DNA of 64,000 nucleotides from an uncultured Planctomycetales bacterium. GTDB lineage: Bacteria; Omnitrophota; Gorgyraeia; Zapsychrales; JBDRMG01. The position numbers and the translations under genes were made by a program. Within the stretch, counting starts at the first letter, position 1. Each line of letters starts with the position of its first letter. Positions 18,542-28,842 of the stretch are shown here, in pieces. The DNA is taken from NCBI GenBank assembly GCA_964478715.1, contig CAYZIY010000001.1:213196-277195 (forward strand), read 5' to 3'. Under the pieces are notes generated by a model. It did not search any database. It was given only the letters and a program-made list of their open reading frames with translations, and was not told the DNA's origin.

Positions 18542-20818
18542 ATGAGTCTTAAGGTTTCAGCCAATGCGATGAAGGTTCTAGAAAGACGCTATCTAAAAAA
18601 AGATGAAACCGGCAAGGTGATCGAAAGCCCTGAGCAAATGTTTCGCCGGGTGGCTAAAGCCATTGCCGCAGTGGATGAAGATTACGGAGCTGAAGCCAAA
18701 GACATCAACAGGCTGGAAGACAATTTCTATTCCATGATTGCCAGTCTCGAGTTCATGCCTAATTCTCCGACTCTGATGAATGCCGGCCGTCCTTTGGGCC
18801 AGCTGAGTGCTTGTTTTGTATTGCCGATCGAAGATTCTATGACCTCCATTTTTGAAACTCTTAAAGCGACGGCCATTATCCATAAAACCGGCGGGGGAAC
18901 CGGATTCAGTTTTTCGCGTCTGCGCGAGAAAAACAGTATTGTTCAGGCCACGGGCGGCGTGGCATCTGGACCGATTTCATTTATGAAAGTTTTTGACGGC
19001 GCAACACAAGCAGTTAAGCAGGGCGGGACCCGCCGGGGAGCTAATATGGGGATCTTAAGAATCGATCATCCCGATATCCTGGAGTTTATCACTTGCAAGC
19101 AGGAAGATAAAGAGATCAGCAATTTCAACATCTCCGTTGCTGTGACAGAGAAATTTTGGAAGGCTTTGGAAAAAGATGAAGATTATGAGCTGATTTCTCC
19201 GCATACCAAAAAGGTGATTAAGAGAATTAGCGCCCGCGAAGTTTTCAAGCTGATTGTTAAAAGTGCCCACCGAAATGGGGAACCCGGATTGATTTTTATA
19301 GACAAGATGAATGAGTTTAATCCCACTCCGGCGATTGGTCAATATGAGGCTACGAATCCTTGCGGGGAACAGGTTCTGCTTCCCTATGAAAGTTGTAATT
19401 TGGGATCCATTAATTTACTGAGGATGATCAAGAAAACCGACAAAGGTTATGATCTTGACTGGGACAAGCTGGAAGACACGGTGCGTAAGGCCGTGCATTT
19501 TCTAGATAATGTGATTGATGCCAACAAGCATCCGATTCAAGAGATTGAAGATAAAACCAAGCTGACCCGCAAAATCGGTTTGGGTGTGATGGGCTGGTCT
19601 TCGCTGTTAGCCCGGATGGGCATTCCTTACGATACGAAGGAAGCGGTTGATTTGGCCGAGCACGTGATGTCGTTTATCTTAACCGAAGCGCGTTTAAAAT
19701 CGCTGGAGCTGGCCAAAGCCAAAGGCGTGTTTCCGGCATTTTCAAAAAGCATTTATGCCAAAGGCGGCAAAAAAAGACGCTTTCGTAATGCAACGCTGAC
19801 AACGATTGCCCCCACCGGAACGATTAGCATTATCGCCGGGCCGTGCTCTTCGGGGATCGAACCGATTTTTTCCATTTGTTATTACCGCAATGTAATGGAT
19901 AAAACCAGGCTGGTAGAAACCGATCCGGTCTTTGAGCAGATTGCCAAAGAGCGCGGATTTTATTCGGCCGAATTGATGAAGAAGATCGCTGAAGAGGGGG
20001 ATATCAAGGATATTGAAGAAATTCCCGATGATGTTAAAAAAGTCTTTATCACCTCGCATCATATTGCTCCTGAGTGGCACATTCGGATGCAGGCAGCATT
20101 TCAGAAATACACCGACAATGCGGTTTCCAAAACAATTAATTTTCCTAACGAAGCCAGCGAACAGGATGTCGAGGAAGCTTACCGGCTTTCCTATCAGCTT
20201 GGCTGTAAGGGTATCACCGTTTATCGCGACGGCAGTCGTCAGGAACAGGTCTTAAATATTTCTAAAAAAGAAGCCCAGAATAAGGCCCAGGAGCAACCGA
20301 AGGCGATACGCGGTCCGCGGCCCAGGCCGGAAGTGATGACCGGAACAACATCCAAAATTCTGACCGGCTGTGGGAATCTGTATGTGATTATCAATAATGA
20401 TGAAAACGGCAACCCATTTGAAGTTTTTACTCAAATCGGAAAAACCGGCGGATGCGCATCCAGTCAGCTGGAGGCCATCGGACGGTTGGTATCTTTGGCT
20501 TTGCGCTCAGGGGTAGATCCCAATGTGATTCAGGAACAGCTGAAAGGGATTCGCTGTCCGATTCCCTCCTGGGATAAAGGTGGTCGGGTGTTTTCTTGTG
20601 CGGATGCGATTTCTAAGATCCTAGAAAACCGGCTGAAGACCAAGCCGTTTGTTCAGGTAGTTGAATCTGGCTCACCGCAGAAAGACAAGAAGGAGAAAGT
20701 TCTTGTCGGCTCCAAGCGAAGAGGCAATATGGTCGGTGTCTGCCCCGATTGCCGAAGCCCCCTGCATCACGAAGAGGGGTGCCTGAAGTGCTACGGCTGC
20801 GGGTATTCGAAATGCTGA
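18542..20818 (+). CDS. nrdJ: Class II B12-dependent ribonucleotide reductase with C-terminal TSCPD/Zn ribbon
   Basis: PNSPTLMNAG, TNPCGEQ, TIAPTGT, SKTIN, SCAD; AGGAGG SD supports the 18542 start. Confidence 0.95.
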   Translation: MSLKVSANAMKVLERRYLKKDETGKVIESPEQMFRRVAKAIAAVDEDYGAEAKDINRLEDNFYSMIASLEFMPNSPTLMNAGRPLGQLSACFVLPIEDSMTSIFETLKATAIIHKTGGGTGFSFSRLREKNSIVQATGGVASGPISFMKVFDGATQAVKQGGTRRGANMGILRIDHPDILEFITCKQEDKEISNFNISVAVTEKFWKALEKDEDYELISPHTKKVIKRISAREVFKLIVKSAHRNGEPGLIFIDKMNEFNPTPAIGQYEATNPCGEQVLLPYESCNLGSINLLRMIKKTDKGYDLDWDKLEDTVRKAVHFLDNVIDANKHPIQEIEDKTKLTRKIGLGVMGWSSLLARMGIPYDTKEAVDLAEHVMSFILTEARLKSLELAKAKGVFPAFSKSIYAKGGKKRRFRNATLTTIAPTGTISIIAGPCSSGIEPIFSICYYRNVMDKTRLVETDPVFEQIAKERGFYSAELMKKIAEEGDIKDIEEIPDDVKKVFITSHHIAPEWHIRMQAAFQKYTDNAVSKTINFPNEASEQDVEEAYRLSYQLGCKGITVYRDGSRQEQVLNISKKEAQNKAQEQPKAIRGPRPRPEVMTGTTSKILTGCGNLYVIINNDENGNPFEVFTQIGKTGGCASSQLEAIGRLVSLALRSGVDPNVIQEQLKGIRCPIPSWDKGGRVFSCADAISKILENRLKTKPFVQVVESGSPQKDKKEKVLVGSKRRGNMVGVCPDCRSPLHHEEGCLKCYGCGYSKC

Positions 20819-20842
20819 AATATTAACAGGGTTTATATGTTT

Positions 20843-20880
20843 GCGGCCCGCCATCAATTTGATGGCGGGCCGCTCTATTT
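20843..20880 (+). terminator. GC-rich hairpin after nrdJ
   Basis: GCGGCCCGCCATCAA-T-TTGATGGCGGGCCGC; weak U tract. Confidence 0.6.
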
Positions 20881-20900
20881 ATGTCGGTCTTATTTATACA

Positions 20901-20929
20901 TTGCAAAGGATATTCAGCTTCGTTATAAT
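20901..20929 (+). promoter_or_regulatory. Sigma70 promoter, leaderless
   Basis: TTGCAA-17-TATAAT; ATG after 6 nt. Confidence 0.7.
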
Positions 20930-20935
20930 TACGCT

Positions 20936-21277
20936 ATGGAAATTGTTAGAAATACCATCAGCCTTAATCAATTACAAGCAATAGCTCAAAGGACGTTTGG
21001 TGATATGGTGAAAGCTGTCATTGATGTAGATCAGGAAATTATTGCCATTGATGCGGAACTGCATTCTGATTTAGAAGCTTTTTTGCTTGAAAACGGTTCA
21101 AAACAAAAGGATCTATGGGGTATTAATTTGTATCCCGACGCACAGGGAAATGATTTCGTGGAATTCGATTCCATGATTAATATACGTCCTTCTCAAGGAA
21201 ACAGGTCTCGAGGCGTAGATGATGCTTCGATTCGAACCGGAATCATAGATGTTGTTGATAAAAGGATTCAAAAATGA
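20936..21277 (+). CDS. DUF5674-like protein
   Basis: VKAVIDV, ELHSDLE, DLWGINLYP, SMINIRP. Confidence 0.75.
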   Translation: MEIVRNTISLNQLQAIAQRTFGDMVKAVIDVDQEIIAIDAELHSDLEAFLLENGSKQKDLWGINLYPDAQGNDFVEFDSMINIRPSQGNRSRGVDDASIRTGIIDVVDKRIQK

Positions 21278-21615
21278 CGATCCAGCATAAGGAGCTCGCA
21301 AAGGGAAGATGGAGCAAATTTTCTATTATTGAGCAGTTGGCTCATATTGGCAGTGAAATCAGCCGGGCTCTCAATTGGCGGGCGAAAGAAAATCAGGACT
21401 ATTGCGATCGAGCGGTAGAACGCGCGCTTGAGCTGATCGATCTTACCCTGTGCTCAGTAAGCGGTTTGGCCCGTAAAAAAGAAATGACCCGAATCAGAGA
21501 GGCGCTGCTTGATTTTTTCTACGGACAAAACGAATTTTCCTCTACCGAAGAATCCTGGCGAATGTATTTCGATCATTTCGCTTATGCTGCACGAAAAAGC
21601 AGATCAACTACGTAA
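21274..21615 (+). CDS. Conserved small helical hypothetical protein coupled to the DUF5674-like gene
   Basis: ATGA overlap; EQLAHIGSEISRA, ALELIDLT. Confidence 0.75.
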   Translation: MTIQHKELAKGRWSKFSIIEQLAHIGSEISRALNWRAKENQDYCDRAVERALELIDLTLCSVSGLARKKEMTRIREALLDFFYGQNEFSSTEESWRMYFDHFAYAARKSRSTT

Positions 21616-22035
21616 TCACTACGTGGTCTGATGGAATTCTTAAATTACGCACTCAAGTACGTACTTTATTTTGAGAAAAGAAAAAGTTTATGCCTCTTTA
21701 AGCGTGAATCTTTTTTTTCGAATGAGAATGAATAATGAGAAAGACAGGCAAGCAGAGAGAGTAAGCAGAAGGTGCTAGATAAGTGCCACGAGCGGCACTA
21801 ATCTGTCCTGCCCGATATTTCAAAATTTCAACATGAGCGCTGTTCGCAGCATTCATCGGTACCCATTTTTCTCTACGCGGAATGCCATGTCTCTGAGAGC
21901 GTGGATGGATAGCTTTTAATAGCTTCTTAATAGTTTTTGATTCAACAAAACAGTTGCAAATTTCTGTTTTTTAGTTACGATAGTAATGTTTAAATATTTC
22001 CGCAATCAATCTTCTTTTTTAAAGAAAGGTATCCC

Positions 22036-25000
22036 ATGGAACGCAAGCAAATCATGATCGACGGAAACGAAGCCGCGGCGCGCGTGGCACACAAAGTTAG
22101 CGAAGTCATTGCGATTTATCCGATCACTCCCTCATCGCCGATGGGGGAATGGGCTGATGCCTGGTCGGCTCAAGGGCAAACCAATATCTGGGGAACGGTT
22201 CCCTTTGTCCAGGAGATGCAGTCTGAAGGAGGGGCAGCTGGTGCTGTCCATGGCGCTACGCAGACCGGAGCGCTCACGACCACTTTCACCGCCTCCCAGG
22301 GTCTGCTTCTGATGATTCCTAATATGTACAAAATCGCCGGCGAATTAAGCCCGGCGCTTTTTCATGTCTCGGCACGATCCGTGGCCTGCCAGGCGCTTTC
22401 GATTTTTGGTGATCATAGCGATGTGATGGCGGCTCGTCAAACCGGTTTTGCTCTTTTAGCCTCTGGCTCCATTCAGGAAGTTATGGATATGGCTTTGATC
22501 GCCCATGCTTCATCGCTGGAAACCCGTGTTCCTTTTCTGCACTTTTTTGATGGTTTCCGTTCTTCTCATGAGATTCAAAAAATTGAGGAAATCGGTGATG
22601 ATGTGATCAAAGCTTTGATCAATGACGAAAGAGTTATTGAGCATCGTCAACGTGCGCTCTCGCCGGATCATCCGGTGCTGCGTGGGACCGCCCAGAATCC
22701 GGATGTCTTTTTCCAGGCCCGGGAGACGGTTAATCCATTTTACGAAAAATGTCCCGGGGTGGTTCAGGAGATGATGAATAAATTTGCCAAACTCACCGGA
22801 AGGCAATATCATTTATTTGATTATTACGGAGCCAAAGATGCCGAACGCGTTATTATTTTGATGGCTTCAGGGATTGAAGCGGCTCATGAGGCCGTGGATT
22901 ATTTGACCGGAGAAGGCGAAAAAGTTGGGGTCTTGAAGGTTCGGCTCTATCGTCCATTTTCGGCTAAGGATTTTATGGATGCGATTCCGTCTTCTGCGAG
23001 GGTTTTGGCCTGCCTAGACCGCACCAAAGAGCCCGGCAGTATCGGTGAGCCGCTTTACCTGGACGCGGTCACGGCCATCAAGGAAGACCCTCGGATCAAT
23101 CCTAAAATTATCGGTGGACGCTACGGATTGTCTTCGAAGGAATTCACCACAGCGATGGTCAAAGGCGTGTTTGATGAAATGAAAAAGGACAACCCCAAGA
23201 ATCATTTTACCGTCGGCATCAAAGATGATGTCACTCATACCAGCATCGAATACGACGAAAACTTCAAGACCGAAGACGAACAGGGTGTGCAGGCAATTTT
23301 CTATGGTCTGGGATCGGATGGGACCGTCAGCGCCAACAAAAATTCTATCAAGATCATCGGAGAAGGCACAAAGAACTACGCGCAAGGATACTTTGTTTAC
23401 GATTCCAAGAAAGCGGGATCGGTTACGGTTTCCCACCTGCGTTTTGGCCCCAATCCCATCCATTCCACTTATCTGGTGAGCGCGGCCAATTTCATCGGTT
23501 GTCATCAATTTGTTTTCCTTGAAAAATATGATGTCCTTAAAAAAGCCAAGCCGGAGGCGGTTTTTCTTTTAAATAGCCCTTATGGCAAGAACGAGGTCTG
23601 GGATAAGGTTCCTAAGGAAGTTCAAGAGCAGATCATCGATAAGAAACTCAAATTTTACGTAATCGATGCTTACAAGGTCGCCGAGGAAACCGGCATGGGG
23701 GTGCGTATTAACACGATTATGCAGACTTGTTTCTTTGCGATTTCAGGTGTTTTACCCAAAGAGGAAGCTATCGAGCAGATAAAAAAATCCATTCAGAAAA
23801 CCTACGGCAAAAAGGGCGAGGAAATAGTGAAGAAGAATTACCATGCTGTTGATCAGACCTTGGTTAATTTACATCAAATTGATGTACCTCAAAAGGCCAC
23901 CAGCCAAATTGAAAAACCACCGGTGGTCAGTTCTGAGGCCCCGGAGTTTGTTCAGATGGTTACCTCCAGAATCATGGCCGCCGAGGGTGACGAATTGCCG
24001 GTGAGTGCTTTGCCCTGTGACGGAACTTATCCGACCGGAACGACAAAATGGGAAAAGCGCAATGTGGCCCTGCAGTGCCCGGTTTGGAACCCGGATATTT
24101 GCATCCAGTGCGGCAAGTGTGCGATGGTCTGTCCGCATGCGGTGATCCGGATGAAAGTTTACGATTCTAAGGAGCTTAAAGGCGCTCCGGAAACATTAAA
24201 ATCGACAGATGCCAAAAATAAAAATTGGGCCGGAAAAAAATGCACGATCCAAGTATCTGTGGAGGATTGTACCGGTTGTGGAGCTTGTGTGTTTACCTGT
24301 CCAGCCAAAAGCAAAGAGGATCCCAAGAAAAAAGCGATCAATATGCATCCTCAGATTCCGTTGAGGGAAATAGAAAAAAAGAACTGGGAATTTTTCCTCA
24401 AGATTCCTGAAATGGATCGTAATCTCGTGAATAAAAAGATGGTCCGTGAGGCTATGGTTCTGCAGCCCTTGTTTGAATTTTCAGGTGCTTGCGCTGGTTG
24501 CGGAGAGACGCCTTACGTGAAATTAATCACCCAGCTTTATGGTGATCGCATGGTGATTGCTAATGCGACCGGGTGTTCTTCGATTTACGGAGGGAATCTG
24601 CCGACCACTCCTTACACGACCAATCTAGAGGGTAAGGGGCCGGCCTGGTCCAATTCTCTGTTTGAAGATAATGCTGAATTCGGGTTCGGATTTCGCCTGA
24701 CGATTGACAAGCAAACCGAGTATGCCTGTGAGCTTTTAAAGAAGGTTTCCTCCCAAGTCGGAGAACAGGTGGCGCAAGGTATTCTCAATAATGCCCAGGC
24801 CGATGAGCCGGCTATCTTTAAACAGCGCAAGATGGTGGAACAGCTTAAAGAAAAGCTAAAAACGGTAAAAAGCAATGAGGCCAAACAACTTTTGAGTGTG
24901 GCGGATATGCTGGTCAAAAAGAGTGTTTGGATCTTAGGCGGTGACGGATGGGCTTACGACATCGGTTACGGTGGATTAGATCACGTTTTGGCTTCAGGAC

Positions 25001-25602
25001 GCAACGTCAATATTCTCGTTTTGGATACGGAAGTGTATTCCAATACCGGTGGGCAGGCATCCAAGGCGACACCTCGGGCAGCTGTGGCTAAATTTGCGGC
25101 CAGCGGTAAGCCAGTAGCCAAAAAAGATCTGGCACGTATGGCCATGACCTACGGCACGGTGTATGTCGCTCAGATTGCAATGGGAGCCAATGATATGCAG
25201 GCGCTCAAAGCGACGACCGAAGCCGAAAATTATGACGGTCCGTCTCTGATTATTGCCTACAGTCATTGCATCGCCCATGGCATCAATATGACAACCGCAA
25301 TGAACAATCAGAAAATGGCGGTGGCCAGCGGTTATTGGCCGCTGTTTCGCTACCATCCGGATCTAGCCAAGGAAGGGAAGAATCCTTTCATGCTCGATTC
25401 GCAGGAGCCGAAGATGCCATTCGCCGAGTTTGCTTACAATGAAAATCGTTTCAAGATGCTTACAAAGTCGATGCCGGAGCATGCCAAGAAACTGATTGAA
25501 GAGGCCCAAAGAGATGTGGATAATAAATGGAAGATCATTGACGCTTTGGTTGCCGGAACCGATCCGGCCAGTTTAAAGAAAGAGCCGGTAACGGTAAAAT
25601 AA
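22036..25602 (+). CDS. nifJ: Pyruvate:ferredoxin (flavodoxin) oxidoreductase
   Basis: YPITPS, two CxxCxxC ferredoxin motifs, GACAGCGE, GGDGWAYDIG TPP motif. Confidence 0.97.
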   Translation: MERKQIMIDGNEAAARVAHKVSEVIAIYPITPSSPMGEWADAWSAQGQTNIWGTVPFVQEMQSEGGAAGAVHGATQTGALTTTFTASQGLLLMIPNMYKIAGELSPALFHVSARSVACQALSIFGDHSDVMAARQTGFALLASGSIQEVMDMALIAHASSLETRVPFLHFFDGFRSSHEIQKIEEIGDDVIKALINDERVIEHRQRALSPDHPVLRGTAQNPDVFFQARETVNPFYEKCPGVVQEMMNKFAKLTGRQYHLFDYYGAKDAERVIILMASGIEAAHEAVDYLTGEGEKVGVLKVRLYRPFSAKDFMDAIPSSARVLACLDRTKEPGSIGEPLYLDAVTAIKEDPRINPKIIGGRYGLSSKEFTTAMVKGVFDEMKKDNPKNHFTVGIKDDVTHTSIEYDENFKTEDEQGVQAIFYGLGSDGTVSANKNSIKIIGEGTKNYAQGYFVYDSKKAGSVTVSHLRFGPNPIHSTYLVSAANFIGCHQFVFLEKYDVLKKAKPEAVFLLNSPYGKNEVWDKVPKEVQEQIIDKKLKFYVIDAYKVAEETGMGVRINTIMQTCFFAISGVLPKEEAIEQIKKSIQKTYGKKGEEIVKKNYHAVDQTLVNLHQIDVPQKATSQIEKPPVVSSEAPEFVQMVTSRIMAAEGDELPVSALPCDGTYPTGTTKWEKRNVALQCPVWNPDICIQCGKCAMVCPHAVIRMKVYDSKELKGAPETLKSTDAKNKNWAGKKCTIQVSVEDCTGCGACVFTCPAKSKEDPKKKAINMHPQIPLREIEKKNWEFFLKIPEMDRNLVNKKMVREAMVLQPLFEFSGACAGCGETPYVKLITQLYGDRMVIANATGCSSIYGGNLPTTPYTTNLEGKGPAWSNSLFEDNAEFGFGFRLTIDKQTEYACELLKKVSSQVGEQVAQGILNNAQADEPAIFKQRKMVEQLKEKLKTVKSNEAKQLLSVADMLVKKSVWILGGDGWAYDIGYGGLDHVLASGRNVNILVLDTEVYSNTGGQASKATPRAAVAKFAASGKPVAKKDLARMAMTYGTVYVAQIAMGANDMQALKATTEAENYDGPSLIIAYSHCIAHGINMTTAMNNQKMAVASGYWPLFRYHPDLAKEGKNPFMLDSQEPKMPFAEFAYNENRFKMLTKSMPEHAKKLIEEAQRDVDNKWKIIDALVAGTDPASLKKEPVTVK

Positions 25603-25624
25603 AAATAAAATAGGAAATTATGAC

Positions 25625-25661
25625 GGGCTGAAATCACGTAGTGATTTCAGCCCTTTTTCTT
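25625..25661 (+). terminator. Intrinsic terminator
   Basis: GGGCTGAAATCAC-GTA-GTGATTTCAGCCC-TTTTTCTT. Confidence 0.85.
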
Positions 25662-25743
25662 GACCCGTAAAGAAAATTGTCCCTTGCTCCATCTGCTGTT
25701 TCGCAGTACAATCAAAAAAAGAATAAAGGAAAACAAATGCATC

Positions 25744-27531
25744 ATGTCCATCCAGAAAACCAAAAAACAAATCACGGATGATCTCAAAGGTCACGAGCGG
25801 CCCTTTCGCAATCTCATCGAATCGCTTAAAACCGGAGTGTACATGGCGGATTCTCAAGGCCGCCTGATTTACGCCAACCGTTCCTATGTGCAGATACTCG
25901 GTTACAAAAGTAAGAAAGAACTCTTTGGCGTTAATATTGAGAAGCGGCTTTACGGCAACCCGGATGACCGGCGGAAATTTTTAAAACGCATGCGCCAGGA
26001 TGGTTTTGTTAAAGACTATGAAGTCAAAAATAAGCGAAAAGACGGTTCGGAAATTATTCTTTCTGTCACCAGCAATCTTATCCGCAATGATTTGGGGCAT
26101 ATTGTGGGAACCGAAGGGATCGTCCGTGACATCACTGAGGAAAAAAGGGCTCAAGAAGCGATTCGCCGGGAAAAGGATTTCAGTCAGGCCCTGCTGGATA
26201 CAATTCCTTTTGGCATGGAGATTGTCGATGAAAACGGGATGATTCTATTTCTTAATAATCAGTTTAAGATATTATTCGGCTCAAAAGCGATCGGAAAAAA
26301 ATGTTGGGAGCTCTACAAAGACAATAAAAAGCAGTGTTCGATGTGCCCTTTGTTGAAGGGAATTAAGATTGGCGAAACGAAAACAATTGAAACCGCGGCT
26401 GCTCTTGGCGGACGTTCTTTTGAAATCACGCATACGGGTATGCTTTATGAAGGCAGAAGAGCCATATTGGAAATATTTAAAGATGTTACTGCGCGTAAAG
26501 AAGCTGAGCGGAAACTAAAGATTACTCGGGAGACATTAAAAACTGAAAAACAAAAATTGGAACAGGTCTTGGGGATTGACCAGCGGATCAGCTCCATTTT
26601 GGAAATCAATCATCTGGTCGACTTCATTATTGAGAAGGCCAGCGATATTTTAGAAGCCCAGCGCTGCTCGCTGATGCTTCTTGATCCGCAAACTCAGGAA
26701 TTGATCATCAAAGGCGCGATCGGCCTTGATGAAGATATCATTAAAAACACCAGATTAAAAATTGGTGAACAGATCGCCGGTCGGGTAGCCAAGGAGGGCA
26801 AGCCGCTTTTGGTAGTCAATATCGAATCACAAAAACCTATTGCCCGCAGAAACCGGCCGACTTATCAAGGTAAATCCTTTATTTCGGTTCCCATCAAACT
26901 GCACAATAAAATCGTAGGCGTAGTTAATATTTCCGATAAAGATTCTCTAAAGGAAGATGTGTTTAATCACATTGATTTGAAGATTCTCTCGACCATCGTT
27001 CGTCAGGCAGCAATCGCTATCGAAAACGCAAACTATTACAAGGAGCTCGAGTATCTCTCCAGCTCCGATTCTTTGACCGGACTTTACAATCACCGCTATT
27101 TTGTCAAACGTCTCGATCAGGAAATCGACCGCTCCAAAAGATACCCCAAAGCCTTATGCTTGATGATTGTCGATGTGGATGATTTCAAATCGTACAATGA
27201 TTCCTTTGGCCATCTGGAGGGCGATCATCTTTTAAAGGTAGTCGCCAAACTGCTCAAAAATAGTTTACGATCTGTTGACATTGTCTGCCGCTATGCCGGC
27301 GATGAATTTACGGTGATTCTTCCGGAGACGGACATGAAGGGAGCTCATCGGATCGCCGAAAAAATTCTTGCGGCCACGAAGTCTCTGAAACTCAAGCAAT
27401 CTGTGTCTTTAAGTATTGGCATCTCTTTGTGCACGCCGAAAATGGATCGCTACGATCTGATCATGAAAACCGATCAGGCCTTGTATCAGGCGAAAAAAGA
27501 GGGCAAAGATAAAATATGTACTTTTTCTTAA
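25744..27531 (+). CDS. Diguanylate cyclase PAS-PAS-GAF-GGDEF (AGDEF variant)
   Basis: DSLTGLYN, NDSFGHLEGD, RSVD I-site, RYAGDEF; promoter TTGCTC-17-TACAAT at 25684-25712 favours this start. Confidence 0.9.
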   Translation: MSIQKTKKQITDDLKGHERPFRNLIESLKTGVYMADSQGRLIYANRSYVQILGYKSKKELFGVNIEKRLYGNPDDRRKFLKRMRQDGFVKDYEVKNKRKDGSEIILSVTSNLIRNDLGHIVGTEGIVRDITEEKRAQEAIRREKDFSQALLDTIPFGMEIVDENGMILFLNNQFKILFGSKAIGKKCWELYKDNKKQCSMCPLLKGIKIGETKTIETAAALGGRSFEITHTGMLYEGRRAILEIFKDVTARKEAERKLKITRETLKTEKQKLEQVLGIDQRISSILEINHLVDFIIEKASDILEAQRCSLMLLDPQTQELIIKGAIGLDEDIIKNTRLKIGEQIAGRVAKEGKPLLVVNIESQKPIARRNRPTYQGKSFISVPIKLHNKIVGVVNISDKDSLKEDVFNHIDLKILSTIVRQAAIAIENANYYKELEYLSSSDSLTGLYNHRYFVKRLDQEIDRSKRYPKALCLMIVDVDDFKSYNDSFGHLEGDHLLKVVAKLLKNSLRSVDIVCRYAGDEFTVILPETDMKGAHRIAEKILAATKSLKLKQSVSLSIGISLCTPKMDRYDLIMKTDQALYQAKKEGKDKICTFS

Positions 27532-27554
27532 ACATTGTCTCCCCCTAGAGGGCA

Positions 27555-28841
27555 ATGAAGTATTACGCCGATCTTCATATCCACTCGCAGTATTCCCGCG
27601 CCACAAGCAAAAAACTGAATCTGGAATATCTTTCCTATTGGGGACAGCTTAAAGGATTACAGTTGATCAGCACGGCGGATTTTACTTATCCCCGGTGGAT
27701 GCAAGAGCTCAAGGAGAAGCTTAAGCCGGCCGAGGAAGGATTTTTGAAACTCAAGAAAAAGTATGATCAATTGGCGCGCACGCAACTGCCGGTTGCCTGT
27801 CGGGGAGAGATACGTTTTGTTCTTTCGACGGAGATCAGTAATATTTATAAAAAGAATGATCGCGTTCGTAAGGTGCATAATATCGTGTTTGTTCCGGATT
27901 TTCAGGCCGCGGAAAGAATTCAAAGGACGCTGGATCAGATTGGCAATATTACCTCCGATGGGAGGCCAATCCTGGGGCTGGATTCCAGAGATCTTTTGGA
28001 GATTGTTCTGGAATCCAGCCCCAGCAGTTTCTTAATCCCCGCCCATATCTGGACGCCGTGGTTCTCGGTATTGGGATCCAAAAGCGGATTTGATTCAATC
28101 GAAGAGTGTTACGGCGATCTCAGTGATCATATCTTTGCCTTAGAGACTGGACTTTCTTCAGATCCGGCTATGAATGGGCGCTTAAGCAAACTGGATCGTT
28201 TTGTTTTGGTTTCCAATTCTGATGCTCACTCGCCGGAAAAACTGGCTCGCGAAGCCAATATTTTTGATACAAAATTTTCTTATCCGGATATGCTCAAATC
28301 TCTCAAAGATAGGAAAGATCAAGGATTATCAGGAACCATCGAATTTTTTCCTGAAGAAGGCAAATACCACTATGATGGCCATCGCAGCTGTGGGATGCGC
28401 ATGAGTCCAGCTGATACCATTAGAAACAAGGGGCTCTGTCCGAAGTGTGGCAAAAAAGTAACCGTGGGCGTGATGGCCCGGGTTGAAGAACTGGCTGATC
28501 AGCCGCTGGGACGAAAGTCGCCCAACAGTCGTCCCTTTTTCAGCTTGATTCCCCTGGCAGAAATCATTGGCCAGGTGCGTGGTGTTGGACCGGGCTCCAA
28601 AAGTGTCCAGTCTCTTTATCACCATCTGCTGGTTCATTTAGGCAGTGAGCTTTCCATTTTGATGGATGTCCCGTTGGGCCAAATCCAAAAAATCGGTGGA
28701 AACTTATTGGTTGAGGCTATCGATCGGGTGCGACGGGGAAATGTCCACATCGATGCGGGTTACGACGGTGAATACGGCAAGGTCCGTATTTTCTCACCCC
28801 AAGAACGGGAAGCTTTCGATCATCAAATGGCTTTCTTTTAA
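27555..28841 (+). CDS. Endonuclease Q family (PHP) protein
   Basis: ADLHIHS, PAHIWTP, ETGLSSD, NSDAHS, GKYHYDGH, GYDGEYG. Confidence 0.9.
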   Translation: MKYYADLHIHSQYSRATSKKLNLEYLSYWGQLKGLQLISTADFTYPRWMQELKEKLKPAEEGFLKLKKKYDQLARTQLPVACRGEIRFVLSTEISNIYKKNDRVRKVHNIVFVPDFQAAERIQRTLDQIGNITSDGRPILGLDSRDLLEIVLESSPSSFLIPAHIWTPWFSVLGSKSGFDSIEECYGDLSDHIFALETGLSSDPAMNGRLSKLDRFVLVSNSDAHSPEKLAREANIFDTKFSYPDMLKSLKDRKDQGLSGTIEFFPEEGKYHYDGHRSCGMRMSPADTIRNKGLCPKCGKKVTVGVMARVEELADQPLGRKSPNSRPFFSLIPLAEIIGQVRGVGPGSKSVQSLYHHLLVHLGSELSILMDVPLGQIQKIGGNLLVEAIDRVRRGNVHIDAGYDGEYGKVRIFSPQEREAFDHQMAFF

Positions 28842-28842
28842 T

